Positions 16,913 through 25,291 of a DNA stretch of 32,000 bases are shown here, in pieces. The stretch's first letter is position 1. Each line of letters starts with the position of its first letter. Position numbers and translations under genes: made by a program. The notes under the pieces were generated by a model that did no database searches, was not told where the DNA came from, and saw nothing but the letters and a program-made list of their open reading frames with translations. The stretch covers positions 1 through 32,000 of the forward strand of contig JAJQRA010000035.1 in NCBI GenBank assembly GCA_046533095.1, given 5' to 3'. Source of the stretch: Lachnospiraceae bacterium ZAX-1 (GTDB lineage: Bacteria; Bacillota; Clostridia; Lachnospirales; Lachnospiraceae).

Positions 16913-16961
16913 ATTATTTGATACCTCCAATTTTTTCACCCTCTTGCAAGGTGACTATATA
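16866..16961. repeat. 41-bp segment duplicated at a 55-bp period across the yhaM start (5 mismatches)
   Basis: 16866-16906 (yhaM codons 3-15) is repeated at 16921-16961 (upstream copy). The upstream copy supplies the GGAGG that serves as the yhaM RBS. Confidence 0.9.
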
Positions 16962-17074
16962 GCTCGTATGAGTAGGGACAAAATGCTGTTCCTATCATCC
17001 GATTCATGGTATGAAAAAAATGTGCCTTTTTACCCCAATTTGCGTTGCAACTTCTGATAAACAATATAATTTGA

Positions 17075-18385
17075 TTAAGGTAAAACACCGATCGTTGCAG
17101 GAGGGCATTCAAATTCTGTATAACTATCTGCATTTTGGCGTAGTACAGTTAATGTCACTGTCTGTCCGGGTTCCATCGAAAGCAGTTTTTGTGTATACTG
17201 GTCTGCGCTATGCACTTCTTCTCCATTTACTTTTATAATAACATCTGCAACTTGAAGGCCTACTGCCATAGCAGGCGATTCTAAGTGAACAAAAGAGATG
17301 TAAATGCCTTTTGGAATATCATACTCCTTTTCAATGGCATCGGTAACTGTGTTGACTTGTAGCCCAAGATAAGGAATGTCCTTATTGTTTGAGAGATATT
17401 CAATGATTTGTTTTAGTTCGGATATGGACAGGGCGGTAAGTGTATTTTGACCACCTGCATTTGCGTAATCCTGCATGACAAGTCCAACGATTTCACCATC
17501 TAAATTGATAAGGACGCCATTCCCCTCTTGGTTGCCTGTGATATCCGTTGTAAAACTGGTATAGTTGCTGTCTTTGGTAGAAATTGTATTTCCCGAAGAA
17601 GTAATAGTGCCACATAAAATGGAATAATTAGAACCTTGGGGACTCCCAATTGCAATGACAACTGTCCCTTGTGAAACTGTTAAAGAATTGCCTAGTTGCG
17701 CTACTTCGATTTTTTCAAACGTTTCTTCTGAAATACTGGCAAGGTTCACGCTTATGATGGCGATCCCGGTGTTTCCGTCATATTTTTTCATGGTGGCAGG
17801 TACAGTATCTCCGTTGATAAATGTAATATGGATTAACTCTGCATCGGTGATTACTTTTTTTTCGGTTAATATCAAGAGCTCCTGTCCATTGTTATAGATA
17901 ATAATGCCGGAGGATTGATTTTCTAAAGGAGAATTAAACAAATCCAAGCTAGTTGTTACACTGGTCACCGTGACGACCGATTTGTTCGCCTTTTTGCCGA
18001 CTGCATATAACTTGTTTTGCAGGGCTTGGTAATCCACCACTTCTAGCTCTTTCATTTCTGTTATGTAGATAGGTTGGTTTTCGATAGCATCGTCTTGTGT
18101 GTCTGCTGGTTCTACCGGCTCGGGCGGCGTTTCTGGCTCCTCGGGCTCTTCATCTTTTGGAATACTTATCGTGGGGTCTGCTTCTGGATAGAGCCATGCT
18201 TGCATGGCGGGCTGTAGCAGAACGAATATAAAACATGAAATAAGTCCAAAAATAACCGCAAAAACAATAGTCGATACTCCACGGAGCATTAACCGCCGTT
18301 TGTTAATAGGCTTGTCCTTGATTTTTTCTTTGATAAAAGCGAATTCCTGTTCTTCTGGATGCCCTTTCTGCTCTTCTTTACCCAT
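17075..18385 (-). CDS. Membrane-anchored HtrA/DegP-like (S1C fold) protein with C-terminal PDZ; catalytic triad apparently not conserved
   Basis: N-terminal TM helix (VSTIVFAVIFGLISCFIFVLL). Trypsin-like core (SSGIIIYNNGQELLILTEKKV..., ..IAIGSP.G.., TTDITGNQEGNGVLINLDGEIVGLV). PDZ-like end (PYLGLQV...GIYISFV...SPA..GLQVADVIIKVNGEEV). RBS TAGGAGGATTTGCT. Confidence 0.7.
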   Translation of the reverse strand: MGKEEQKGHPEEQEFAFIKEKIKDKPINKRRLMLRGVSTIVFAVIFGLISCFIFVLLQPAMQAWLYPEADPTISIPKDEEPEEPETPPEPVEPADTQDDAIENQPIYITEMKELEVVDYQALQNKLYAVGKKANKSVVTVTSVTTSLDLFNSPLENQSSGIIIYNNGQELLILTEKKVITDAELIHITFINGDTVPATMKKYDGNTGIAIISVNLASISEETFEKIEVAQLGNSLTVSQGTVVIAIGSPQGSNYSILCGTITSSGNTISTKDSNYTSFTTDITGNQEGNGVLINLDGEIVGLVMQDYANAGGQNTLTALSISELKQIIEYLSNNKDIPYLGLQVNTVTDAIEKEYDIPKGIYISFVHLESPAMAVGLQVADVIIKVNGEEVHSADQYTQKLLSMEPGQTVTLTVLRQNADSYTEFECPPATIGVLP

Positions 18386-18455
18386 AGCAAATCCTCCTAT
18401 CAGCTATTATACGTTTTTCCTTCCCTAGTTGCAACATTTTTATTTTTAGGGTAAA

Positions 18456-18573
18456 ATGAAAATAACAACAAGAAAGAATACTTCCTATATGGACGAGAAC
18501 TATTTATGGAATGAAAAATAACAACAAGAAAGAGTGCATCCTATTTATTATATGGACGAGAGCTATCTGTGGA
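18456..18573. repeat. Imperfect tandem duplication (55 + 63 bp) in the htrA-like/mutS2 divergent intergenic region
   Basis: 18456-18510 reads atgaaaataacaacaagaaagaatacttcctatatggacgagaactatttatgga. 18511-18573 reads atgaaaaataacaacaagaaagagtgcatcctatttattatatggacgagagctatctgtgga. Confidence 0.85.
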
Positions 18574-18644
18574 TAGAAGCTATATGCTGCGTCATCGATC
18601 TTTTGGTAAAAAATAAAAGGGAATGAAGGTTAAATAAAAATAAA

Positions 18645-21116
18645 ATGAACGAAAAATCTTTAAAAACACTAGAATATACAAAAATAATAGCTATGCTGGT
18701 AGAACAGGCCACTTCACAAGCAGGGAAAGAGCTGTGTGAGAATTTGCTGCCTTCTACGAACCTGTTGGAAATTGAGGTGGCACAAAGACAGACAGCCGAT
18801 GCGCTGACAAGGATCTTTCAAAAAGGGAACATTTCTTTTTCCGGTTGCCATAATGTAGGGGCATCACTAAAACGTTTAGAAATTGGCGGAATTTTAAGTA
18901 TTGGAGAATTGCTGCGCATTTGTTCCCTGCTAGAGGTTGCAAAACGAGCTAAGGCCTATTCACGCAGTATGAGAGAGATAGATGGGAAGGAATCTTCGAG
19001 TTCCAAGGATTCCAAAACATCCCCGGATTCTTCAAATTCTGTGGATTCCGAAACTTCCTTGCATTCCAAAACATTTGCGGACTCCCTAGATGGGTTTTTT
19101 GGCCAAATTGAACCACTTGCTCCACTGCAAGGAGAGATTCGGCGGTGTATCTTGTCCGAGGACGAAATTGCAGATGATGCAAGTGCCAATTTGAAAAATA
19201 TCCGTCGGTTGATCCGTGGCATCCATGAAAAGATCCATGCTCAGATGAATACCATGCTAAACAATACGGGTATGCGATCCCATTTGCAGGATGCTGTTAT
19301 TACAATGCGCAATGACCGCTATTGCCTGCCGGTAAAAGCGGAATCAAAAAGCCAGGTACCCGGCATGATTCATGACCGGTCCGCAACCGGAGCAACCCTT
19401 TTTATTGAACCGTTGGTCGTTGTGAATCTTAACAACGACTTAAAAGAAATGTTTCGAAAAGAGCAGGATGAGATTCAGGCTATTTTATCAAATTTAAGTA
19501 ATTTAACGAGCGAATATGTAACGGTAATTTCGGAAAATTTTAAAATATTGACACAGCTTGATTTTATTTTTGCAAAGGCTTCCCTTGCGAAGCTATATAA
19601 TGGGACGGCACCGCTGTTTAATACAAATGGGCGGGTGCAGATACGAGGTGGACGCCATCCTTTGTTAGACAAGAAGAAAGTGGTGCCGATCGATCTTCCT
19701 CTTGGGAAAGAATTTCATTTGCTGATTGTGACCGGGCCAAATACCGGTGGAAAAACGGTGTCTTTAAAAACAGTGGGGCTGTTTACGCTGATGGGGCAGG
19801 CGGGGCTTCATATTCCGGCAAAGGATCGATCAGAGCTTGCCGTGTTTGAAGAGGTATATGCAGATATTGGCGATGAGCAGAGCATTGAGCAAAATCTAAG
19901 TACATTTTCTTCCCATATGACAAACATTGTTTCTATTTTGAAACGAGTCGATGAACATTCATTGGTTTTGTTTGATGAGCTTTGCGCTGGGACGGATCCT
20001 ACAGAGGGTGCGGCTCTTGCCATTTCTATTTTGGCCAAATTGCATAGCAGGGGGATTCGGACAATGGCAACGACACACTATAGTGAGATTAAGGTGTATG
20101 CATTGGGGACACAGGGCGTAGAAAATGCCTGCTGTGAATTTTCTGTTGAAAATCTAAGCCCTACTTACCGCCTTTTAATTGGGATTCCCGGGAAAAGCAA
20201 TGCTTTTGCGATTTCAGGGAAATTAGGCTTGCCACCCGAGATTATTGATGATGCAAAAAGCCGTATGGACGAGAAAGATGAAAGCTTTGAGGATATCATT
20301 GCCAATTTGGAATCAAGTCGAAGATCCATCGAAAATGAAAAACTTCAAATTGCACAATACAAAGAAGAGGCCAAACGCCTCAAAGAAAAACTAGAGGGTA
20401 AGCAGGAACAATTCGATCAGCGACGTGATAAAATACTAAGGCAAGCGAACGAGGAGGCCCTTAAAATTTTAAGGGAAGCAAAAGAAGTAGCGGATGAAAC
20501 AATTAAAAATTTTAACAAGTTTGGAAAAGGGGGTATATCTGCAAAGGAAATGGAACAAGAGCGTACGAAGCTACGTGGTAAAATGGGCGATATGGAAAAA
20601 AATGTCTCTCTAAAAAAAGACGGCGGCAGCAACCATAAAGCACCCCAAAATCTTAGAGTTGGAGATAGTGTCAAGGTACTAAGCATGAATCTAAATGGAA
20701 CAGTCCACACCTTGCCGAATGAAAAAGGGAATTTATATGTGCAGATGGGAATCTTTCGGTCGCAGGTAAATATGAAAGATTTGGCTTTAATGGAAGAATC
20801 CGGCACAACAGCAAACAAACCAAAACCCACCAGAACCGAAAGCAGTAAACTTAGAATGGGAAAATCTGCCAACATTTCTGCGGAAATCAAATTAATTGGC
20901 AGAACAACAGACGAGGCCATTGCCCTGTTGGATAAATATTTAGACGATGCATATCTGGCACACCTGCCATCTGTGCGTATCGTGCATGGAAAAGGTACCG
21001 GTGCCCTAAGAAAGGCAGTGCATACACATTTAAAACGCTTAAAATATGTGAAATCGTATCGTCTTGGCGAGTTTGGCGAGGGTGATGCAGGCGTGACAAT
21101 AGCAGAATTTCATTAA
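18645..21116 (+). CDS. mutS2: Endonuclease MutS2 (MutS domain + C-terminal Smr)
   Basis: Walker A motif ITGPNTGGKTV, then DELCAGTDP.EGAAL and TTHY.E. The C-terminal Smr region reads GRTTDEAIALLDKYLDDA....VRIVHGKGTGALRKAVH..L. A Ser/Asp-rich low-complexity insert lies near residue 115-150. Confidence 0.9.
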   Translation: MNEKSLKTLEYTKIIAMLVEQATSQAGKELCENLLPSTNLLEIEVAQRQTADALTRIFQKGNISFSGCHNVGASLKRLEIGGILSIGELLRICSLLEVAKRAKAYSRSMREIDGKESSSSKDSKTSPDSSNSVDSETSLHSKTFADSLDGFFGQIEPLAPLQGEIRRCILSEDEIADDASANLKNIRRLIRGIHEKIHAQMNTMLNNTGMRSHLQDAVITMRNDRYCLPVKAESKSQVPGMIHDRSATGATLFIEPLVVVNLNNDLKEMFRKEQDEIQAILSNLSNLTSEYVTVISENFKILTQLDFIFAKASLAKLYNGTAPLFNTNGRVQIRGGRHPLLDKKKVVPIDLPLGKEFHLLIVTGPNTGGKTVSLKTVGLFTLMGQAGLHIPAKDRSELAVFEEVYADIGDEQSIEQNLSTFSSHMTNIVSILKRVDEHSLVLFDELCAGTDPTEGAALAISILAKLHSRGIRTMATTHYSEIKVYALGTQGVENACCEFSVENLSPTYRLLIGIPGKSNAFAISGKLGLPPEIIDDAKSRMDEKDESFEDIIANLESSRRSIENEKLQIAQYKEEAKRLKEKLEGKQEQFDQRRDKILRQANEEALKILREAKEVADETIKNFNKFGKGGISAKEMEQERTKLRGKMGDMEKNVSLKKDGGSNHKAPQNLRVGDSVKVLSMNLNGTVHTLPNEKGNLYVQMGIFRSQVNMKDLALMEESGTTANKPKPTRTESSKLRMGKSANISAEIKLIGRTTDEAIALLDKYLDDAYLAHLPSVRIVHGKGTGALRKAVHTHLKRLKYVKSYRLGEFGEGDAGVTIAEFH
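18990..19097. repeat. Degenerate 18-bp tandem repeat, ~6 units, inside mutS2
   Basis: Encodes ESSSSK/DSKTSP/DSSNSV/DSETSL/HSKTFA/DSLDGF. The recurring unit is gattcc-aaa-ac-t. Confidence 0.7.
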
Positions 21117-21241
21117 GAGAATTAGAAAGTGCTATGAAAAGGTGTAGGTATCGTTCAACGAAATCTAGAAAGCGATGATGAAAGTGTGCATAGATACTTT
21201 AACCCAAGTTACGATGAAGAGGGAAGTATGAGGAGAGAAAT

Positions 21242-21943
21242 ATGGTAGCAAAACAAAAAATACTGATTGTAGATGATGATGTGAATATTGCAGAACTTAT
21301 TTCGCTTTATCTTACAAAAGAATGTTATGAAACAAAGATGGCCAATGATGGAGAAGAGGCTCTTTCCATGTTTGAACGTGATGAGCCGAATCTGATCTTG
21401 TTGGATCTGATGCTGCCTGGAATAGATGGATATCAGGTATGTAGGGAGATTCGCACAAAATCGAATGTCCCTATTATCATGCTGTCCGCAAAAGGTGAAA
21501 TTTTTGACAAAGTATTGGGGCTTGAACTTGGAGCAGACGACTATATTATGAAACCATTCGATTCTAAGGAATTAGTGGCAAGAGTAAAAGCAGTGTTGCG
21601 GCGATATCAGCCGGTTAAGGTGGAACCGGAAAATCCAAACATACGTTGCGTGGAATATCAGGATCTTGTAATAAATCAAACGAATTATTCGGTTATGTAT
21701 TATGGGGAGCCTGTGGATATGCCGCCAAAGGAACTGGAACTTTTGTATTTTTTGGCCGCATCCCCGAACCAAGTTTTTACAAGGGAACAGCTGTTAGATC
21801 ATATTTGGGGATATGAATATATCGGTGATACAAGGACGGTCGATGTCCACGTAAAGCGTTTGCGGGAAAAACTAAAAGACCATGATGAATGGAAAATTTC
21901 AACGGTATGGGGCATTGGATATAAATTCGAAGTGAAACGGTGA
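21242..21943 (+). CDS. OmpR/PhoB-family response regulator
   Basis: The receiver domain has ILIVDDD...LILLDLMLPG.DG....IR......PIIMLSAKG......GLELGADDY..KPF. The winged-helix C terminus has RTVDVHV.RLR.KL. RBS GAGGAGAGAAAT. Confidence 0.9.
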   Translation: MVAKQKILIVDDDVNIAELISLYLTKECYETKMANDGEEALSMFERDEPNLILLDLMLPGIDGYQVCREIRTKSNVPIIMLSAKGEIFDKVLGLELGADDYIMKPFDSKELVARVKAVLRRYQPVKVEPENPNIRCVEYQDLVINQTNYSVMYYGEPVDMPPKELELLYFLAASPNQVFTREQLLDHIWGYEYIGDTRTVDVHVKRLREKLKDHDEWKISTVWGIGYKFEVKR

Positions 21944-22003
21944 AATCTAAAAAGCTAAGGTACAACGGTGAAATCTAAAAAGCTAAGGTACAACGGTGAA
22001 ATC
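21937..22003. repeat. 28-bp perfect tandem repeat, ~2.4 copies, at the RR stop / HK start junction
   Basis: The unit acggtgaaatctaaaaagctaaggtaca occurs at 21937-21964 and 21965-21992, with a partial copy at 21993-22003. The first unit includes the response-regulator stop codon. Confidence 0.95.
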
Positions 22004-22031
22004 CGAACTTGGATCTAAATGTAGAGGTGAA

Positions 22032-23456
22032 ATGGTGAAACGGACACTTTATTTTAAATTTTTAGCGGGCTATGTGGTATTTGGAATTTTGGGGTTTCTT
22101 GCCGTTGCTACGTTTACCACGCGTGCTACAGCAGACTATATAAAAGAAAGCACAACAGGCCAGTTGTATAAAGAGGCCAATATGATTGCCTCTACCTATG
22201 CACAAAATTACTATAAAAATGCATTGACCGTGAAAGAGGTACAAAATCATTTGCGGGCGATTGATACGTATTTAGATGCGTCAATCTGGATTGTCAATAC
22301 AAGTGGCAAGATTCTTATCAATTCAAGGGAAGATACCGATATCAATAATCTAAGGGAGATAGATGGATTTGATATGTCGTCGTTTGGCAATAAATATTAT
22401 CAGGTTGGAGATTTTTTTAAGAGTTGCAGCGAAGAATGCCTGACCGTGTATTCGCCCATTACGATTAATTATCGTAAAAGGGGATACGTACTCATACATA
22501 AGGCCACAAGGCAGCTTGCCGGGTCATCGAATGCATTTATCAATATCTCGTATGTAACCCTTGCAATTGTGTTCTTATGTGCATTGATTGTGCTTATCAT
22601 ATTTACCTATACCGTTTATGTTCCAATACGAAAAATAACAAAAGCAGCCGATGCCTATGCCGCCGGAAATTTTGACTGGAAATTAGAAAATTTTGCCAAT
22701 GATGAAATCGGTTATTTGGCCGCTTCGTTACATTATATGGCAACAGAACTAAATACGTTAGAGGACGATCAAAGGAAATTTATTGCCAACATATCCCATG
22801 ATTTTCGTTCCCCTTTAACTTCGATTAAAGGCTATGTGGAGGCGATTATGGATGGTACGATTCCGATAGAGGCGCAGGATAAATATCTTGGCATTATCGT
22901 TTTTGAGACGGAGCGTTTAAATAAGTTAAGCGCAAGTATGCTGGAGCTTAATAAATATGGCGTGCGTGGAAGCATGCTTGATGTCAGCAACTTTGATATA
23001 AATCATACAATTAAAACGACTGTCCGTTCATTTGAGGGGACCTGTAAAGAAAAACGGATTTCATTTGAGCTGATCCTTACCGGGCAGACTCTGTTTATTT
23101 CAGCAGACGTAATGAAAATCCAACAGGTGCTTTATAACTTAATTGATAATGCAATCAGGTTTAGCCACCCCGATTCTATGATAACGATTGAAACGACGGA
23201 AAAAAATGAAAAAGTATTCATTTCCGTAAAAGATACCGGTGTTGGAATCCCAAAAGAAAGTTTAAAGAAGATATGGGAACGCTTTTATAAAACAGATGTT
23301 TCTCGAGGGAAAGACAAGAAAGGAACAGGCCTTGGACTGTCAATCGTGAAAGATATCATACAAGTCCATAATGAAAACATCAATGTCATCAGTACCGAAG
23401 GTGTGGGGACGGAATTTATTTTTACATTGCCGATTGCAAAACGAAGTGAAAATTAA
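22032..23456 (+). CDS. Sensor histidine kinase (2 TM, HAMP, HisKA, HATPase_c)
   Basis: H-box SHDFRSPLTSIKGY, N-box LIDNAIRF, G-boxes DTGVGI and GTGLGLSIV. The start is taken at ATG 22032 (MVKRTLYFKF...) after AGAGGTG. The track start at 21996 is a GTG inside the 28-bp repeat. Confidence 0.85.
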   Translation: MVKRTLYFKFLAGYVVFGILGFLAVATFTTRATADYIKESTTGQLYKEANMIASTYAQNYYKNALTVKEVQNHLRAIDTYLDASIWIVNTSGKILINSREDTDINNLREIDGFDMSSFGNKYYQVGDFFKSCSEECLTVYSPITINYRKRGYVLIHKATRQLAGSSNAFINISYVTLAIVFLCALIVLIIFTYTVYVPIRKITKAADAYAAGNFDWKLENFANDEIGYLAASLHYMATELNTLEDDQRKFIANISHDFRSPLTSIKGYVEAIMDGTIPIEAQDKYLGIIVFETERLNKLSASMLELNKYGVRGSMLDVSNFDINHTIKTTVRSFEGTCKEKRISFELILTGQTLFISADVMKIQQVLYNLIDNAIRFSHPDSMITIETTEKNEKVFISVKDTGVGIPKESLKKIWERFYKTDVSRGKDKKGTGLGLSIVKDIIQVHNENINVISTEGVGTEFIFTLPIAKRSEN

Positions 23457-23563
23457 AGTATCAATATCTTATATTTGTGCATACATTGATACAACAATAC
23501 GTTTTGTGAACTGTACGAAAACAGGGTATTAAGATAGAATCCCTTCGTACAGATGGGAGTCCT

Positions 23564-24043
23564 ATGGCATATAATCGCATGAATGCAGTTGCCTATGCGC
23601 ACAGATGGGCATTTGCCAGAAATCCAATGTACATGAACTTTACTGGAATAGGCGGAGATTGCACAAACTTCATTTCCCAATGCATTTTAGCAGGGGGAGC
23701 ACCGATGAATTATGAAAAAACATTTGGGTGGTATTATAATTCATCCAAGGATCGTGCCCCTGCATGGACTGGCGCAAGATATCTTTATAATTTTCTAACA
23801 AAAAGCAAGGAAATAGGGCCTTCGGCAAAGGAAATAGCATTAGAAGAACTGGAAATAGGCGATATTGTGCAAATAACATTTGATGGAATTGTGTTCACCC
23901 ACTCATTGCTTGTAGTTGAAGTACCCGCGAAACCAACCCTTGACACTATTTTGATTGCAACCCACACAAACGACAGCGATCATCGTGCACTGTCCACCTA
24001 TCATGTAGTGCGTTTTCGCTATTTGAAAGTGAATCTACTGTAA
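23564..24043 (+). CDS. Putative amidase-domain (Amidase_6 / NlpC-P60-like Cys peptidase fold) protein
   Basis: The sequence YNRMNAVAYAHRWAFARNP.Y.NF...GGDCTNFISQCILAGG is the characteristic N-terminal Cys motif of this family. There is a downstream His (..THS..). RBS GGGAG. Confidence 0.65.
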   Translation: MAYNRMNAVAYAHRWAFARNPMYMNFTGIGGDCTNFISQCILAGGAPMNYEKTFGWYYNSSKDRAPAWTGARYLYNFLTKSKEIGPSAKEIALEELEIGDIVQITFDGIVFTHSLLVVEVPAKPTLDTILIATHTNDSDHRALSTYHVVRFRYLKVNLL

Positions 24044-24200
24044 ATAGAAAACAGTAGTGATATGCTACCGCAAAAAGATAGCGAAGCAAGTGGAGCAAAA
24101 ATATTATGCCAACGAAAAGGCATGGTATTTTTGCTTTTCCTATACACAGGTGGCTAGCACGAAGTCATTTTTTGTTCGATCGGATAAAAAATGTTTCCAA

Positions 24201-24246
24201 AAATCTACAGTTTTGGAAATAAAAGTGTAGATTTTTGTCTACACTT
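24201..24246. promoter_or_regulatory. Three TCTACA half-sites including a perfect 9-bp inverted repeat, overlapping a likely extended -10 promoter
   Basis: AAATCTACA at 24201-24209. AAGTGTAGA (24223-24231), a 6-nt spacer, then TCTACACTT (24238-24246). This is followed by TGTTATGAT (24248-24256), ~34 nt upstream of the regulator ATG. Confidence 0.4.
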
Positions 24247-24289
24247 ATGTTATGATATTAAGTATAGTAGGCTGAAAGTGGGTAGATAC

Positions 24290-25291
24290 ATGAAGATGGA
24301 CTTGCTGTTAAAACAAGCGTTAGAGGTTTTTCCGAACTTTCTTATCGTTGACGATTGTAGTAAAGTCGCATATTTAAATGAACATTTTGCGGCACTGCTC
24401 GGGATTACACTTGATCGTGCAATTGGAAAACCGGTAACGCAAGTCGTTCCGAATGCAAGACTTGATATTGTTGTAAAAACAGGAGAGGCAGAGATTGGTT
24501 CCTCCATTATTTTGTTTGACCATGTGAAAAATGATTATATCACGGCAATCTGTAATCGGTTGCCGATCAAACAGAACGAAATAACGATTGGTGCAGTGGG
24601 AATTGTTTTTCCGAATGAGCTTGAATGGGAAAAAACAGGAAAGGATTTACAGGACATATTCCCTCTAGAACGGTTTGGAACGAGATCATTTGGGTCGGAA
24701 CGATTTGGATTGCGACCATTTGGAGCAGAACAATTTGGAACGAGGTCGTTTGAACCGCAACGATTTGGATTGCGACCATTTGGAGCAGAACAATTTGGAA
24801 CGAGGTCGTTTGAACCGCAACAATTTGGAACGAGGTCATTTGAATCGGAACAATGTGGATTGCAGGCATTTGGAGCAGAACGATTTGAATCGGAAACATT
24901 ATCCTGCCAACGCATGGAAATGGAGAAAAAAGCAATCATAAAAGCACTGGAAAAAGCCAACTATAATAAGACGAAAGCAGCGCATTTTTTGAATATTGAC
25001 CGTTCGGCACTATACAAAAAAATGAAACGTTATAATCTGTCACAGCATGAGCATGCGATGGATGAAAGTGAGCATGTAGGGAAGAAAAGCGAAAATATAG
25101 AAAACGAAAGCGAGAATGCAGGAAAGAAAAGTGAAAATATAGAAAACGAAAGCGACCATGCAGGGAAGAAAAACGAAAACGTAGAAAACGGAAGCGAGAA
25201 TGCAGGGAAGAAAAGTGAAAATATAGAAAACGAAAGCGACCATCAGGGAAGAAGAGAACAATTTAAAAGAAAGAGAGGCGAGGCATATTGA
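24290..25291 (+). CDS. PAS-domain + Fis-type HTH (HTH_8) transcriptional regulator carrying two internal tandem-repeat arrays
   Basis: The N-terminal region is PAS-like (FLIVDDCSKVAYLNEHFAALLGITLDRAIGKPV...). The Fis-type HTH is MEKKAIIKALEKANYNKTKAAHFLNIDRSALYKKMKRYNL. The start is taken at ATG 24290 (MKMDLL...); the track start at 24191 lies in the promoter region. Confidence 0.7.
   Translation: MKMDLLLKQALEVFPNFLIVDDCSKVAYLNEHFAALLGITLDRAIGKPVTQVVPNARLDIVVKTGEAEIGSSIILFDHVKNDYITAICNRLPIKQNEITIGAVGIVFPNELEWEKTGKDLQDIFPLERFGTRSFGSERFGLRPFGAEQFGTRSFEPQRFGLRPFGAEQFGTRSFEPQQFGTRSFESEQCGLQAFGAERFESETLSCQRMEMEKKAIIKALEKANYNKTKAAHFLNIDRSALYKKMKRYNLSQHEHAMDESEHVGKKSENIENESENAGKKSENIENESDHAGKKNENVENGSENAGKKSENIENESDHQGRREQFKRKRGEAY
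24671..24897. repeat. 30-bp tandem repeat, ~7.5 units, with a perfect 60-bp higher-order duplication
   Basis: 24701-24760 is identical to 24761-24820. The units encode (E/Q)(R/Q)FG(T/L)R(S/P)F(G/E)xx. The array sits between the PAS and HTH domains. Confidence 0.95.
25064..25254. repeat. 42-bp tandem repeat, ~4.5 units
   Basis: Units start at 25064, 25106, 25148, 25190 and 25232. They encode ES(E/D)(H/N)(V/A)GKK(S/N)EN(I/V)EN and form the C-terminal tail after the HTH. Confidence 0.95.

Noticed and set aside
16936-17238. ORFs 16936-17133 (-) and 17011-17238 (+) between yhaM and the htrA-like gene
   Set aside because: They overlap the 3' end of the htrA-like gene or the yhaM promoter region. 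They have no RBS and no motif.
20417-20920. 167-aa minus-strand ORF inside mutS2, plus other antisense ORFs (18754-19222, 19475-20038, 25263-25640, 26952-27372, 28249-29013)
   Set aside because: All lie antisense within strongly supported genes, lack an RBS and have low-complexity composition.
6401-21980. Shared 9-mer GAAATCTAA between the att-proximal motifs (6401, 6431) and the 28-bp RR/HK repeat (21943, 21971)
   Set aside because: The match is short and AT-rich. Each locus contributes two hits only because of its own local repetition, and no extended similarity surrounds the 9-mer.
24535-24960. Three extra ORFs (two on the minus strand, one in an alternative plus frame) over the 30-bp repeat array
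   Set aside because: They are open only because the repeat unit lacks stop codons in these frames. They have no independent start signals and lie entirely within the better-supported PAS-Fis regulator frame.
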